From Podarcis pityusensis (lineage: Eukaryota), in the NCBI GenBank assembly GCA_964106645.2, contig OZ067039.1: 64,000 nt of DNA. One strand, given 5' to 3'. The translations under genes were made by a program, and so were the position numbers. The number at the start of each line of letters is the position of its first letter. Positions within the stretch are counted from its first letter, which is position 1. Shown in pieces: positions 47,583 through 62,615 of the stretch. The notes under the pieces are model-generated. The model did no database searches. It was not told the DNA's origin and saw only the letters and a program-made list of their open reading frames with translations.

Positions 47583-50331
47583 TAGTCAGTCTTTGATTCT
47601 GGAAAATGATTCCTCTTCCGTGTTCTGAAAGGCTGAGCCAAACTAAGTACACAGCCAAGGAGGATGACTCCCAGATTGGTTGTGAGAAACAGGGCGGTCA
47701 GTAAGACTTCACAGGGCACCAGATTCTGTTTTAAAACGGTTTTATTTTTTCTTCTTTCTCTTCCTTCATTATGATTGGACACATTAATCTTTCTCTTACC
47801 TCTTTTTGCTCTTTTCCAGTCTTAAGTAGTGGAAGGGCAGAGGGGAGCTGAAGTACAGCAAGAAGAAAGAAGTTGCTAGTGTTGTTTCTTCCCATCTCTC
47901 CCTGGCCATTAACTCATTAGGTGGCCTTAGACGAACCATTATCTCTTGGTGATAATTTTGGCCCTTTCTTCCGGGGCAGTTATATCAATGTATACACAGC
48001 ACTTGGAAGATTTGAAATGCTCTCTCTGACCATGTTTGCATATTACAGCAAGCCATGAGCTGATGCTCAGCGTGAATGAGCAGTGTTCTATTGCAGACTG
48101 TCGTATTCCTCCCATTTCACTCTGTCCTTACTCAAGCAAGGGGAAGCAAACCACAAGCTGTGATGTGCAAAGCAGCACTTGTTGTTCCTTTCCCCCTGCC
48201 CAAGGAAGGGTGAAATGAATCAGGAACAAGTCAGCAGTTCATGCTAAGTCATGGATTGTGGCTTTCCATGACAAGTGAACAGGACCTATAAATGCAAAGT
48301 ATTTGAATTTATGGAAAGGGAGAACGTTCATCATCTTAAATTCTTTTCAAGTTATTGTTAGTGCTGGTAGTAGCTTCCATGTGTTGCGACTGAACTCTTT
48401 CCACTCTTCATGATATGGCATGGTTGTCTGTCCCCGCTCCCAGCATTGACAAGGCCTGTTGAAAGACAACAAAGACCATGAATGTTTTCTTTGAGTTGTC
48501 ATAGCATCAGCATAGTTATGGTATCAGAGGTTGTATTGCAACAGTGGGCACAAGTAATAACTTATTCTTATAGATTTGCAGGATGGAATGGTGTCACACT
48601 TGAGCAACGTAAGAAGATTTGTTAGCAGATAGGGAACTGGACACAGATTGGGAAGCTGTAACCCCTAGGGGGGAATCTCATTAAAAGGGGTCATCCATCA
48701 TCCCAGATTGGTTCCTCATGTAGATGGGAAGCCACTTTTCATCTTGCAATTCCCGCATGGTCCTTCATCATTTCTTTATTCTAGTTTGACAGTAGAGACA
48801 GAATACAAACTCATTGCAAAAGTGTCTCTCTGTTCTATGCTCAGGTGTTGATGTTTCACAAGGTTTTGTGTCTTGGTGTCCTTCCCTTCTGAGTCGCTTG
48901 TGAGATGAATTTTGTACTTGGAGTTTGCAAGGCAGGTATTTGTGCCTTAAAACTCAACAAGTCCCTTTTGACATTTTTCATCAGTGTGGCACATTTAAAG
49001 TAGTGATCATTTGTTTGATGTTGCCTTTAAAGCTCACTCAAATTTTAGATTCTGTTGTTAATGAAAGTTGAATTGAAAAAAAATTAGCATTCAAACCTTG
49101 GCATAGGTAATGATAAATATGGCAAGAAATGGACACAGTCTGTCAGCAGGATTGAATTTTAGAACCATCAAAAGCAGACAGATCTTGCACAGCAGCTCCT
49201 GATTTAATAATTAAACATAGTAGGGTTCAAGGTATGGCTTAAGATGAAAGACTAGACTGTCACTGAAAATTAGTTTCTCTTTTCTTATTATTTCAGACTC
49301 CCCCATCCCCCTTTTTCATAGTTTTCTACTGTCAAGAGTGCCATTTGTTGTGCACAAGTGAATTTTGCTGAGTGATGAGACTTGCAAATTATATTCTTGA
49401 CACATTCATTATTCTATTATACATAGTTCTATTTCTGAGGAGAAATATTGCTATCTTAAACATACAGCAATAGTTATTGCTAGATTTTGGACCAGAAAAA
49501 TTATTAGAATTTGACAAGTAAGTTGGAACAATGGTTTCACTCAAAAGTCAACATTAGATTTGGCATTTGACTCCTAATCCTTTTTAAGCTTATAATAAAC
49601 ATATAAATGGAATTTTAAAAAATATATTGGCACGAATTTGGGGAGGGGGATACACATGGTGGTGAATGATTCATTTTGGAATATTTGAAAATTGGCAGCC
49701 TTTTAAAACAGAAATGGGATTTAGAGCCAGATGGATTTCTGGTCATGTTAGATATTACTCTCTGAACATAGCATGCATCGGAGTGACTCTCTGACTCGCA
49801 TGATTCCTGTGTTTTGCTTGGTGGCTGTCCCTGAGCTGTAGGTGTAGCATCTTACCCAGCAAATCATCATATTCTCCTGTGAAAGACATCAAATTCAGGG
49901 ATATCCCAGTAAGAATGAATGAAGTATTTGGCCAGGTTGGATATTGCTTTCTACTGGGCGAGAGTGTGGGCTTTTTATAACTGTAAGTGGGCAAATAAAT
50001 ATATATCTGGAGGTCCTTTAAAAGCCTTCAAACAAGTAGCTTATTAGCATTCTCAAATAGCACGCAATAGTTTTGTATAAGAAGTTTACAGCAATAAGAA
50101 TTATGTTTTACATACCAGCTTAATTTATCTTCTGCGATTTATCACTTGATAAATAAACATTTATTTTGTTTCTTAAAACCACCAGTTCATATTTTATCTT
50201 CTTGTGCCTTTAGCCAGAGAGAAGGGTTATGTGAACAATGAAGTTTAGTTATCAGCAGGGCTGATAACTTGTTAAAAAAATTCTGTTAAAGAAAATTCTG
50301 CTTCAATAGGAGCTTGAATCTGATCTGTATA

Positions 50332-50574
50332 CACTGGTACCTTGGGTTAAATACTTAATTCGTTCTGGAGGTCCGTTCTTAACCTGAAACTGTTCTTAAC
50401 CTGAAGCACAACTTTAGCTAATGGAGCCTCCCGCTGCTGCCGTGCCGCCGGAGCACAATTTCTGCTCTCATCCTGAAGCAAAGTTCTTAACCTGAGGTAA
50501 TATTTCTGGGTTAATAAGAGTCTGTAACCTGAAGCGTATGTATTCTGAAGCGTCTGTAACCCGAGGTACCACTG
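50332..50574 (-). mobile_element. MITE family A (inverted)
   Basis: Same body and TIRs, with TA flanks. Confidence 0.85.
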
Positions 50575-53500
50575 TACTGGGGTCTCCAAATTATGGCTGG
50601 GCTTGGTAGCCAACTTTTAGTTTCTGCTTGCTAGCTATGCAGTCTAATCATAATAATAATGCATAATAATACAACAGTACATCAATTTATCAACACAGCT
50701 GTTGCCTATGTTGTCTGTCATGTACCACATGGGGTGTTGTTATTTTTTAATTCACCTGAAATCCACAGTGCTTGTTTTTGACACTGCCTTCCCCCCCTTT
50801 CAAAATGTTGAAGACTATCCCTCTGCACCGCACTGCATCCCACCCAAAATATACATATGTTTTATATAAATTCAAATATTAAACATTTACATTGTTGTTT
50901 TCAGATACAACCACAACGTGTGGGGAAGGCGTGGTTCAGTATGATGTTTAATTTTCTGGCTGATTAATGAAGGGGAAATAAAGGCTTAGAAGCTACGTAA
51001 CTAGGCTTCTACTGGTGGGAGCATTCCCAGTTCCACAAAGAAGATGGAAGTGGGAAAGTGGGGAGGAAGTGGGGGAGACAACTTTCATTGACTCCTCCTT
51101 CCTCCTGCAGCCGTCTTGTATCTCATGTATCTTCTCCTGAGCAGTTACCCTGGTAACATTATGAACCACATATTTTCACACATTCAGGCACCCAGACCTT
51201 TCAGTAGTCATATGGAGTTTTTATTGATGATTTGCTTTGTGTATATTGCTTTGTACACTAAATTTCATTCTGTTTCAATCATGCTTATGTATAAAAGTTG
51301 AAAGATTTCAGCATTAGCATGTGTCTAAACAACCAGGTTGTTAGGCAATCATCTTTACTTCCTCTCGCATTGTTTTTCTTTGCTTTGATGCAAAGAGTCT
51401 CAAGAAATCTGAAAGTGATTCACTGCCTAATAGCCACATTGTTTTCTCTTCCAATTACATGTGTTTACATTTCATCATAACAGGAATCAAATATCTTCCT
51501 ATCCCCTGTATACAATAGGAGTTAAATATCTTCTTATTTCCTGTAACTTGCTAGATAGCAGATAAGATCTAAAACACTTGATATGATTCTGCTTGATCAG
51601 ATTCAGCTTTAAATAAGTATTAGATATTTCGTTCAATCGCAAATTCCTCTTGTGTAACCTGGTATATTATGGAATTATGAACTTTCTTTTTTATGGTTTA
51701 TGATTTTATTCACCCATCACCACTGAATACCTCTTCACTTTTTTTGTACAGTATTTTAAAAATGCTTAATTCTAATATTGCTTCCACATAATCTCTACTG
51801 CTTTGTCTAGTTTTTATTTTGTATTGCCCCTTGCTGTCTCTTACTTCCCCTTATTTCAGGTAACAGTCTGCCTGTATGCATAAACATCAGTAAAGAATTA
51901 CTAGGAATTATAGCAGCGTACATTTGGATGGCTGGTTCTTCATTGTGAGGAGGCTTTCCAGTCTATTATTTTAGATGTCAAATTTACAGGGACAATATTT
52001 TCTCCTGGAGTAGGACACCTAGCATAGGGAAATTATGTTTTTTGGGGGGCAGGAAGGGCCATCTCCTAAACTTACTTTTGGAAGAGGATCATGCTCTTCC
52101 CACCTTTGTCATGGGCAGATAGACTCTGGCATTGTTCCTTACTTGTGGCCGTTTAGTATTTTGAAAGAAGGAGCTAAGTTAAGAACTCTAGCCTAAAGAA
52201 CAGAGTAGAGAGACTCCCCCTTTGGTCACACTATCCTGGCATACACTTCACTTGGGAAAGAGAGAGAGAGAGTTTCCCTTAGGTCTGTTTTTCCGCGTAT
52301 AGTCATGTTCTGGCAGTCATTCTTCATGGCATAGGCTTCCACTTCACAAGCACTGGTGGACACATGAACTTGTGGAGTGACAAGTCTTGCATGTCCAACT
52401 TGGTGCTCTCCAGATGTTTTCAACTACAACACCCATGAGCCCCAGGCTGCATAAATTGGCCATGCTAGCTGGAGCTGATGGGAGAGGATCTAGGAAGCAC
52501 CAGTAGGGAGAAAATTGGACCATAGACTTCTTCAATAGGCTTTCCAAATGGCAGATTCCACAGATTTTGTCATTGGAATCATGGTTGCCTAAACAACCAT
52601 GTGGTTCGATTCACCACAGAGGACACAGCAAGTACCAAATGTATGACACAGGAAGATAGGGCACACAGTCATTTTCTCTCTGGGGATTGTCAGAGTACAT
52701 GGGGAGTTTCAGTGCTCCTCAATGTCCCACTCCCATAATGGTCAGAAGAGTCTTCACAACCTTTTCTCTTCCATGGTTGGTGTATTGCTCTACACAGTTG
52801 CATTAACTTTCAAGTCCCTGAGGGTTTTGTGGCATGCTTGGTTGGGGGGCTGCTACCTCAGCAGCTTTGTGAGAAAGGACTTATTTATGTTCAGGCAGCC
52901 ACGGTGTTCAGGACATACCTTTACCAAAACATTATAAGATGAACATTTTAACCACTTCCGAGAGTGTCTTCAAAAGGCCTGCCTTACAAGGGTAGATCTG
53001 ATGTGGACACTTTATTAAGTTGGCCACACCATTGCTAATGACCTATATGCAGAGTTTATGTAATGAAGTTTCACCTTTTCCCATTAAGATTACAATTCAT
53101 TTTATCTCTGTCATCTAGGTTAAAATATATTTCCATTTGAATTTCTAACAGGCACACATTTCCTTCCATATGAATGTCTCCATTCTTTGTGATTGGTTGT
53201 AGAGCTCTTAGTCCAGGTTTTCCCTCTACGTCTTTGTGAAATCTTTGTGGAGCCTGGGGCAGGGTGTTCTCTGTAGTAGCACCAGAACTTTGGAATCTGC
53301 TTTCTTGGAAAGCATCACACCCTGCCTCAGTATTAGAGTTCAGACAGGGAGTAAATATTTTAATTTTCTTGTCCTATTAAAATAGCTTACACTCTGTTGC
53401 CTTTGGTTTTTATTGTTTTTATATATGAGCTATTTTTTCATTTACAGTACATTGCCTTGAGTCCTTTTCTGGTATAACTTTTTTTTTAAAAGTAATTTTA

Positions 53501-54299
53501 CTTGAAATCAGCTAGGAGATGTGTTTTAATTTCTAGCCAGTGGGTTTATTGTTTTCATTATCAATGCTTTTAAAATGATTATTTGGGCCCTTTCAGTTTT
53601 CTCTCGTGTGCCATTATGAACTGCTAACGGTTTCTTAAACAAGAAAAGTTTATTCTTTTTCGAGTGTTTCAAGTTATTTCCCCCCCTTGCCAAATACTGT
53701 CCAATTGGCAAAGTGGGATATCCTCTTGATCTTATCATATGGCCAAATCTACTGGATACAGGATGTCTGAAAGCTGCTGTTTATCAAAAGCAGGATAGTA
53801 ATCTCCACTGGCTGCACAGCAAATCCTATAATTGAAAAGAAAAATGTGTTTGACTTTTTGTCCAAACAAATACAGTCCTTAAAGATGTGTTAAGAACAAT
53901 TTGAAAGAATATATTTTAAGAATGCACTGCGTATGTGATGTTCGTGTTTCAGAAGATATAATGCAAGTGCTTTAACCAAGTATGAGCCATAAAAATCTCC
54001 AGTTTACATAATTGTTTCAACAATAATTTCAGCTACATACTATAAAAAAGCACTGAGTTGATGGATGCTAAGTTTCACTTTAACAGTGGCTGGAAATATT
54101 CATTCTTTCCACGTTCTTCTGCCGCACAAGCCTTTGTTAACATAATGTGATTTGTGTGTCCTGTTTAGATTCCTGAATCCTGACCCAGCTTTGATTTTAA
54201 CCAATTGCCTGGTTGTCATGGGAGGCATCTGACCTTTACCAGTTGAGACTGGTATGCCAGTTACAAATTTATCTAGAGAGATCAAACCCTGCCCCAGCA

Positions 54300-54700
54300 A
54301 TCCATTGGCTGGTCGCATTCAGGAAAGACTACTGTAATGTACTCTACATTGGGCTGCCTTTGAAGACTGTCCAGAAACTTTCAGCTGGTGCAGAATGCTA
54401 GTTGATAGTGAGTGTGTGGTGCATAGGACACCAAATCTATACCAGTGGCATTGGTTGCCTGTACATTTCTGAGCAAGCTCAGAGGTTTTGCTTGTATATC
54501 TGCCTATCAGGTCAGTTCGGCTGCTGGGCATGAGAGATGGGACCTTCTCTGTAGTGCCCTCCAGATTGAGGAACTCCACAAGGATGTGTATGGCCTCTCT
54601 ACTGCTGGTGTTTATGTGTGTCTTAAAAACCTACCTCTATCAAACCTCTTAAAGGCTATACTCTTAGAACTGGTTATTTTACTACAGATGGTTCTGCTTC
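54300..54700 (+). mobile_element. Degraded L2 fragment
   Basis: DYCNVLYIGLPLKTVQKL motif. Confidence 0.6.
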
Positions 54701-55982
54701 TTAGGTGCTAATTTGTACTGATGCTTGTAAACTGCTCAGACTTTTAAAGGATTGTGAACACCAGTGCTGTCGTTACGTTCTATTTTATTTATGTATTGTT
54801 TTATGATGTTGTGAATAGTTCTGGGTGCACAGTGCCCTGAAGAGCAACATCCAGATGATAAATAAATAAATAAATTGCAGTGGGATGGCAGCAGTGCATC
54901 TTTTGGACAGGAGGCAAGTTCAGCACATTTTGCAATGGCCACTTGCTGTTCTAAGTTGCTCAAATTGTAATGCCTGGACCCATAGATCTATGAAACAGAT
55001 GGTGTAGAGATTGCTTTTGGAATAAGAAGTGGTAGAAATGAGAAGCGAGCCTGTGTCATGTAGTAGTTCAAGCGTCAGAGTAGGACCGGGGCGGGGGGCG
55101 GGGGGACGACCAGGTTTCAAATCCCCACTCGGCCGTGAAGCTCACTGGATGACCCTGGGCCAGTCACTGCCTCTTAGCCTAACCTACCATTAATTAATTA
55201 ATGGCTTGTGTACATTCACTATGTAAATGAATCATGTGTATTTGCATTTTGGATAAATTCAGATAGCGAACAGCCTTTTCACCTAGGGGGCCAAGATTAA
55301 AAAATGGTACTACCATACACCTGCTGCTAAAATGCTGCCCGGAGGTCCAGGAGGGAGGACCATGAGTGATGTTGCTGCCAGAAGTTTTTTAAAAAAATAA
55401 TAATAATGCAACAGCGTTGAAGGGTTCAGGTTGTCTGTGTTGGGGACCCATCAGCAGCACTATGCAAAAGGCCCCCTGACATCTAGTCCCCGTACAGTAG
55501 TGCTATCTAAAAGGAAGAAATAGCATGTATTTGCCTCATGGCATGATATATAGAATACTGCAGTGGCAAAACAAAAGTGCAGGGGCATAACAAGCCTACT
55601 TTCAGATAAGGGACAAAGGAAAACTCTGATCTGAAACTTCTGCTGCCTTGTGGGATATCCTCAGGAGAAAAAAAGGTTAAGGAATAAATCCTGCACAAAT
55701 CTGGAGTGGAGTTCCTTGGATGGTGCTTTGTATGCCTCCTTCCAGCAGCTACTGCAGCCAAGCTAGTGCCAAACGTACTGCTCTGCTTTCCTTTGGAGCA
55801 CATCAGTGAAGCCGAGAGTGGGGTCTTGTCATCTGTCCACACTGTCCAGGCTTGTGCTCCAGGGAGGTCACTTCAGTGTTGCTAATGCAGCGGTTTGGCT
55901 TCACCTCCAGAGGTGCACTCCATTGTCTCTCGAGAGAAACAAATGCCAACCATATGATGCCAGTATTATGCAGTTCTCTGTA

Positions 55983-56193
55983 CAGTGGTACCTCGGGTTA
56001 AGTACTTAATTCGTGCTGGAGGTCCGTTCTTAACCTGAAACTGTTCTTAACCTGAAGCACCACTTTAGCTAATGGGGCTCCCGCCGGCGCACGATTTCTA
56101 TTCTTATCCTGAAGCAAAGTTCTTAACCCGAGGTAATATTTCTGGGTTAGCGGAGTCTGTAACCTGAAGTGTATGTAACCCGAGGTACCACTG
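55983..56193 (-). mobile_element. MITE family A (inverted)
   Basis: Same body and TIRs. Confidence 0.85.
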
Positions 56194-56566
56194 CATTAGT
56201 AAATCTACCAATTCTTTACAGTCTCAATTTTTATAGCTTTATGATAAGATTAGGTATAAAGGTAAAGGGAAAGGAACCTTGGACGGTTAAGTCCAGTCCA
56301 AGATTAAGTATAGAGTGGTATATTATTCTGGAGCAACTCTCTATAATGACTCTCCCATCTGGAAATGAAAATTTGAAATTGTTTTTGAAATTTCAAATTT
56401 TGAATGAAAGGCTGTTCATTCTGTTTGAAATTGTTTGAAATTGATACCCATTTAATTTGTTTTGTTGTATGTGATTTGATGGGCTTGCTTTTCCAACCTT
56501 TGTATTTTCCATAGAGAATCTGCACATCAACTCAATTCCTAACTGAGTTTTAACCACTTTATTTAG

Positions 56567-56721
56567 AACCAGATGGTCAAAGAGCTGGAGGCCCGTGTCC
56601 ACCAGTTGACTGTGGAAGCAGAATCCAGTAATTTGCAGCATCAGAAGTTATCTCAAGAAAAGACCAGTCTTGAGCAAGCCTACCAGGCTGTGTGCACAGA
56701 ACTCGAAGAAGTCAAGGCAAG
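56567..56721 (+). CDS. CEP112: CEP112 coding exon (NQMVKELEARVHQLTVEAESSNLQHQKLSQEK...EEVKA)
   Basis: atttag / gtactt splice sites. Ends in phase 2. Confidence 0.93.
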
Positions 56722-57531
56722 GTACTTAATGAACATTTCCACTTTGGATAATAGGTGTTACAAGTGCCACCTGTAATAAAACATTAGTATTTAGTAATAA
56801 CTGACTGGTAAATGAAAATGAAAAGTTGCATTTTGAGTTTCTTAAATATTTGGGTATGTTTTACTTGCCTATTTACTTGGATCACATACTGTGGAATAAT
56901 TTCCTCACCTTCAGATGTGTTTCCACGGCAGTTAATGGGATAAATCAACGGTGATACTAATCAATAGCAGAGGTACAACTTCTAAGGGGGTAGTGATGTT
57001 GATATGTTGTAGCAAAGACAACAAACAATCTTGTGGCACCAAGGCACATCAGTGGTTGAGGAATTCACAGTTCTATGGAGAAATACAATGAACCTATAAA
57101 GAACCCAGGAAAGTCAGCAAAATAGTGTAGCGTAAGCATTCCTGAACTTCTTGTTCTCCTTGATCCGGATAGTAACTTTATGAGAAAAGTGAATGTATAA
57201 GCAAACCTTCATCTGCCATTACCTCAGATAATGTACTTGATCTTTATCTGTTATTGGTTGCTTCTCACAGGATTTCCCAATGGTGGGTGTGGAGTCCCTG
57301 GTTGAAAATGGAGCTCTATATAAAGCTATAGGGATTGGTATATGAAACCGCTTGTTTTCTCGTTGGTTGTATTTTTGTAAAAGCAGTTCATTGTTTGAAG
57401 TGATTGCATTTTCATGCTTCATAAGAAAATGAAGATTAATATTGTTCTATTCATGCTGTAAGATGTGTAAGAGAAGAGAATGTTGTGTTATTTCAGATAC
57501 CTCTGCTTAGATTTCCTTGCAATATTTCTAG

Positions 57532-57661
57532 ATGCAACTCACTTCAGAAAGAAAAGGGGCGTATTGTACAAGACTTTGAGCAGAACATTCAGACTCTACA
57601 AAGCAAATATGATGATGACATAGATTTGTTGAAACAGGAACATGCTCTTTCTGCAGTGAAA
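57532..57661 (+). CDS. CEP112: CEP112 coding exon ((R)CNSLQKEKGRIVQDFEQNIQTLQSKYDDDIDLLKQEHALSAVK)
   Basis: ttctag / gtaagt splice sites. Conserved LLKQEHALSA. Confidence 0.93.
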
Positions 57662-58150
57662 GTAAGTTCACACTCAAGAATAGGATAGGCTTATATACAG
57701 ATAGGCTTATATATAAACAATATATTAAAGCAAGTTTTCAGTGTTAATTTTTGAGGTTTTATGCTTGCATACACAAGTATAGGTATGACTGGGTTTAATT
57801 TAATCAACCGATTCTTCTCAGCTCCCTTAATATACTTATATGCATGTATGTTGACAGGGTTGAAATCTAATGTTTCAACGTTAGTTTGTTTCTCTGAAGT
57901 GTGTGCACAATTTTAAATCAGGTGCCAATGCCTATTCTAACAACACTGTTTAATCTATCAGTAACTATAGTAGTATTTGCATTTTAAGGACAAATGAAAT
58001 ATGGAGAGACTGAGTTTAAAAGTTTTCTGTATCTTTTCCAAGTAGATCATCTTCTCCTCCCCCTGTCTTTTAAGTTGAACTTTGAAAAAAGTTTACTTCT
58101 GCCGGAGCTAATACAAGACCAACATTCCCTTGTCTATTAAATCCCTACAG

Positions 58151-58243
58151 GCATCTGATGTGATTGAAGAATTAGAACAGTGTGTGTCGCAATTAAAACA
58201 ACAGTTACTGGAATCAGAACATCAAAGGCAGCAACAGCTGAGG
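58151..58243 (+). CDS. CEP112: CEP112 coding exon (ASDVIEELEQCVSQLKQQLLESEHQRQQQLR)
   Basis: ctacag / gtgagc splice sites, phase 0-0. Confidence 0.93.
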
Positions 58244-58911
58244 GTGAGCCCTGCATTTTTCACTCAGGAAAAATGATGAGCCTTTTTTTTCTTTTTTCTT
58301 TTTACTACTTTCTGTGATTTGTATGAATAGAATGCTCAAGTGAGAGAGTTTCTGGAGTTCTTGGAAATGTGAGCCAATCACTCAACATCCGTAATAATGG
58401 AATATGTTCTTATTTCTGGCTAAACCCTTTAAAGAAACTTGGGGGCTATTTGTCTTATTTCCTTGCTTATTGAACTGATATGAAAAGCGTATATATCAGT
58501 GGATTAAAGAAATGCATACAGTGAAGTTGAAAGTAATCCCTGTGTCTGTCTTACATAGTGATAGCTACATTTGTATAAATTAGTACATTAGCATAAACAT
58601 GTCGCATGGCTCCTACATTTCAAATATTTGCTGCCTTTTCCTTGCTGTCCAAATTATGCCTGGCTCTTATTCTTTCTCATTCCTAACCAGTAAATTCACT
58701 GCATCTCCTTTTCAGCTTTCCACTGCCCAACATCCTTTCCTTCTTTATCCATTAGCTGCCTTTACTACGGGTTGTGTAACCCTTTAGGGAGAGGAGGCCA
58801 CATTATGCAGCTGACTGTTTGTGGTATTTTGCTCATGTATTCAAACCTTTCTCCCCACTTTGGGGTGGGGGGCATATGGAAACTGGTTCTGCATGTTTGC
58901 ACACCTCTAAT

Positions 58912-59258
58912 GGGACGCGGGTGGCACTGTGGGCTGAGCCTAGGACTCGCCGATCAGAAGGTCGGCGGTTCGAATCCCCGCGACGGGGTGAGCTCCTGTT
59001 GCTCGGTCCCTGCTCCTGCCAACCTAGCAGTTCGAAAGCACATCAAAAAGTGCAAGTAGATAAATAGGTACCGCTCTGGCGGGAAGTTAAACGGCGTTTC
59101 CGTGTGCTGCTCTGGTTCGCCAGAAGCGGCTTAGTCATCCTGGCCACATGACCTGGAAGCTGTACGCCGGCTCCCTCGGCCAATAAAGCGAGATGAGCGC
59201 CGCAACCCCAGAGTCAGTCACGACTGGACCTAATGGTCAGGGGTCCGCTTACCTTTAG
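58912..59258 (+). mobile_element. Sauria SINE, full length, CpG-rich (young)
   Basis: gggacgcgggtggcactgtggg head and acctt tail, with flanking taatggga repeat. Confidence 0.88.
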
Positions 59259-59473
59259 CTTAATGGGAGACTGGAACTGGTGGCATCTTGAGCTCAGATT
59301 CCCACACCTTTTCTATAGACCAGTTTTTCACCTATTTTAAAATTGATTAGCTAAGTCAACTCCCCGCCGTCTGATCAAACTTGCTGTTACATGTGCATTG
59401 AATATGGTTATCAGATAGTTCCAAAAGTTTTATTTATCATGTAATCGTCAGTTCCTTGACCTCTGTTTTTCAG

Positions 59474-59533
59474 GATCAAGAACAGACATATATGCAGGAG
59501 AAACTTCATTTAGAGAGAGATCTTGAAAAGAAG
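59474..59533 (+). CDS. CEP112: CEP112 coding exon (DQEQTYMQEKLHLERDLEKK)
   Basis: tttcag / gtaatg splice sites, phase 0-0. Confidence 0.88.
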
Positions 59534-60723
59534 GTAATGAATTGAAGTATCAGTTTTATTGTATGGAATATCCGCTGTAGCCATTAAAAGATTTATTTAT
59601 AAACCATAAAATGCAAATGTTGGCCAGAAAAGGAACACAGAACTGGTGAAATGTAAAAGCTTATCTGCCAAGGAGCTTTTTTCAACGATAAACCTGTTGA
59701 TGTTTGTCAGAGAGCTATACTGTCTTGGCTAAGTTATATTCACTAGTGTATTTTAGTCCATAAAGTGTTGGGAACCCTCTTAGGTTAAAGATTTGAATAG
59801 TGCCCTGTCTGAAAATGCTTAAGATCTTTCAGTAATTATTTTTAGTTATAATGACATCCAGATTTAAAAGGTTGAATTGGAAGATCTACTAACTAAAAAA
59901 CAAATCACAGATTATATTTGCCTGTTCTCCAGATTAATCAGTGAGGCAGAGACTGGAGGACGCAGGCTCATTCCACCCCAGTACAGTAGCTCCTTGTGCC
60001 AGATTGAGAAAAGTAATATTAAACTGTTTTCTTCCACTTTCAATCTCCACAACCCCCTATTTGCTGACAAGCCTGTCCTTGAAATTTTCATGGCAGTCCA
60101 TCAACCCCAATCACCCAGAATTCTTAGCAAAATACAGAAATATTTCACTTGAGCTCTGTTTTTTTCTATCGGAGTATGCACTTTTGTAGGGAACAATGGA
60201 GAACATAATCATGTATAAAGAATCCTGCAAATATCTCTCTTGATTTTCACACACTTGTTGGAACTCTTAACAGGTTCCTGAGAGTACAAATGAGTTAGGT
60301 TTGATCTTTGCTGTGTGTACTTTCCCTTGCAGCGGTGTAGGCAAACGTAAATCAAGGCTGGCCAACTTTGCTTTTCCAGAATGCGCATGATAGTGTGATT
60401 GTTTCAGATATATGTTGTTGGGTGCCTGTTGGCCATCACTCAGTTGATGTCTTGATTTAGAAGAGATGCCCATTAATGCAGCTGCCCACTGCATATACTA
60501 TAGTGTAGAGACCTGGTGTTTGAGCTGTGGATAGTTCTACATGGTTTGTCTGTGCTAGGCTAAAAGCATATGTGTGTCAGTAGCCCACATACCACCTCTT
60601 ACCACATACCACATATATTATTGAAGCCAGGGCAAGGAGCAGCTACCATAGAACCGATGATCATCAGATCTGGCAGTTAATAATGTATTGGAAAAGGGAA
60701 AATGTGGTTGCATTGATATATAC

Positions 60724-60727
60724 AATA

Positions 60728-60769
<42 letters not shown>

Positions 60770-60900
60770 TAATGTCTATCCCGCCCATCAGGCTGGGCTT
60801 TCCCAGCTACCCTGGGCGGCTTACAACATATATAAAAACATAACAAAACATCAAACATTAAAAAACAAAATATCCTATTCAAGCAACAAACAAACCAATA
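60724..60900 (-). mobile_element. L2-type 3' tail with (TAA)n microsatellite
   Basis: cccgcccatcaggctgggctttcccagctaccctgggcggct is shared with ~38095-38140. Confidence 0.6.
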
Positions 60901-61064
60901 AAGCAATAGAAATCAATAATAACAGCAGCAACAATAACAATAATAACGGTTTACAGTTATACCCAGGTTAAAATAACCGCCAACCCCAGCTAAACATTTA
61001 ACCAACACCCGCCCGACAAAAACAAAACAGAGGAACCAAAATTAGAACCATTTAAAACATTTTA

Positions 61065-61370
61065 CGCGGGTGGCGCTGTGGGTTAAACCACAGAGCCTAG
61101 GACTTAATGATCAGAAGGTCGGTGGTTTGAATCCCCGCAATGGGGTGAGCTCCCGTTGCTCGGTCCCTGCTCCTGCCAACCTAGCAGTTTGAAAGCACAT
61201 AAACGGCGTTTCCGTGCGCTGCTCTGGTTCGCCAGAAGCGGCTTAGTCATGCTGGCCACATGACCCGGAAGCTGTACGCCAGCTCCCTCGGCCAATAAAG
61301 CAAGATGAGCGCCGCAACCCCAGAGTCGGCCACGACTGGACCTAATGGTCAGGCGTCCCTTTACCTTTAC
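61065..61370 (+). mobile_element. Sauria SINE with internal deletion
   Basis: 13-bp TSD ttaaaacatttta at 61052-61064 and 61371-61383. The segment between aaagcacat and aaacggcg is missing. Confidence 0.88.
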
Positions 61371-62615
61371 TTAAAACATTTTAAAATGTTGTAGCCAGTT
61401 GCCCCAAACCAAGAGGTTACTTGCTTTACATCAGGGGTAGCTATCTCATGGCCCCATGTGGCATCCTCAAGTGATTTTTGTGGCCCCTGAAAACCCCTGA
61501 GAATCCAATCACATTGAGGCTGTGTTGTCACATGGTAGAGCATAGGTGTCTGCTCCTGGGGGGGGGGGGGAGAGTTGTGTTCAGTGATTAAAAAATTGCA
61601 CTGGGGTTGCTTTCTGAGCCCATAGCTTTGACATCACCATCTTCAGCATTTTGTGTGCATTTTCTGGTGTATGTATACATGCATGAGAGTGTGGGGTGGC
61701 TTCTGTTTTTGCCACGTGCACTTTTTTTGTCCACTGGCAGACATTCTTTGAAGGGTTCTTCGGAGGTTAATATATGACCCCAGGGCTGAAATTATTAGCC
61801 ATCTGTGGTTTACCTACAAGGCATAAAAACAGCCATTAAATGCAACTACATTAGTAGGGGCTAATTCAACAGACATATTCTAGTGTTATTATTTTATTTA
61901 TTGCAGCATATTAAGCTTGAAAACTCCACTAGACAAATGAGGAGAACTATCTCTGCAACAGACATGAGGTTGACAGTTCCACATAGGTATCAGAACCATA
62001 TCAAAGGAAGAAACAACCTTAACACCTATTCTGCCTTGGGCAAAAGCACTGGGAACATATGTCTAGCAAGTTTAAAGTTTTGACTCTGTTGGACCGATAA
62101 AGAAAAGCAGACCTCAAAGTAAAAGACCCACTACAGAGCAGAATTGCTAGCAACCAAACATTACAGTCATAGGTATATTAGCTGATCTTCATGGCTTTTG
62201 ACTTATTTAATTGAGGACGACGTAGTGAGAAATATCTAGAGTATGTAAAATCTGTGATCACATTGGTCAAGAATGGCGAGATGGCAGCGTTCAATCTTCT
62301 TTGCAGTACAAGGTGGCAAAAGGGACAAAGCTCTCCCTGGCAAGTTCCACTAACAAGAAGTAAATTTTTAAAGAAACATTTAAAACTCTCAATTATGCTG
62401 TTTTATTTCTTAACACTGCTGTATTTTACATGACTATCTGGCTCATGCTTACTTAGCTTTGTCCCAAGTTCACTTGCATCACTGGTTGGGGTTACTTGCA
62501 ACTCTAGTGGACAAAGGCAGGAGTAGGCTTTTGCAGGAAATAGACTGGCCCTTTCCAGCCCTGGGAGGAGTGCAGGGAGCGTTCACACGACACACACATT
62601 GCAGCTGACATGCTA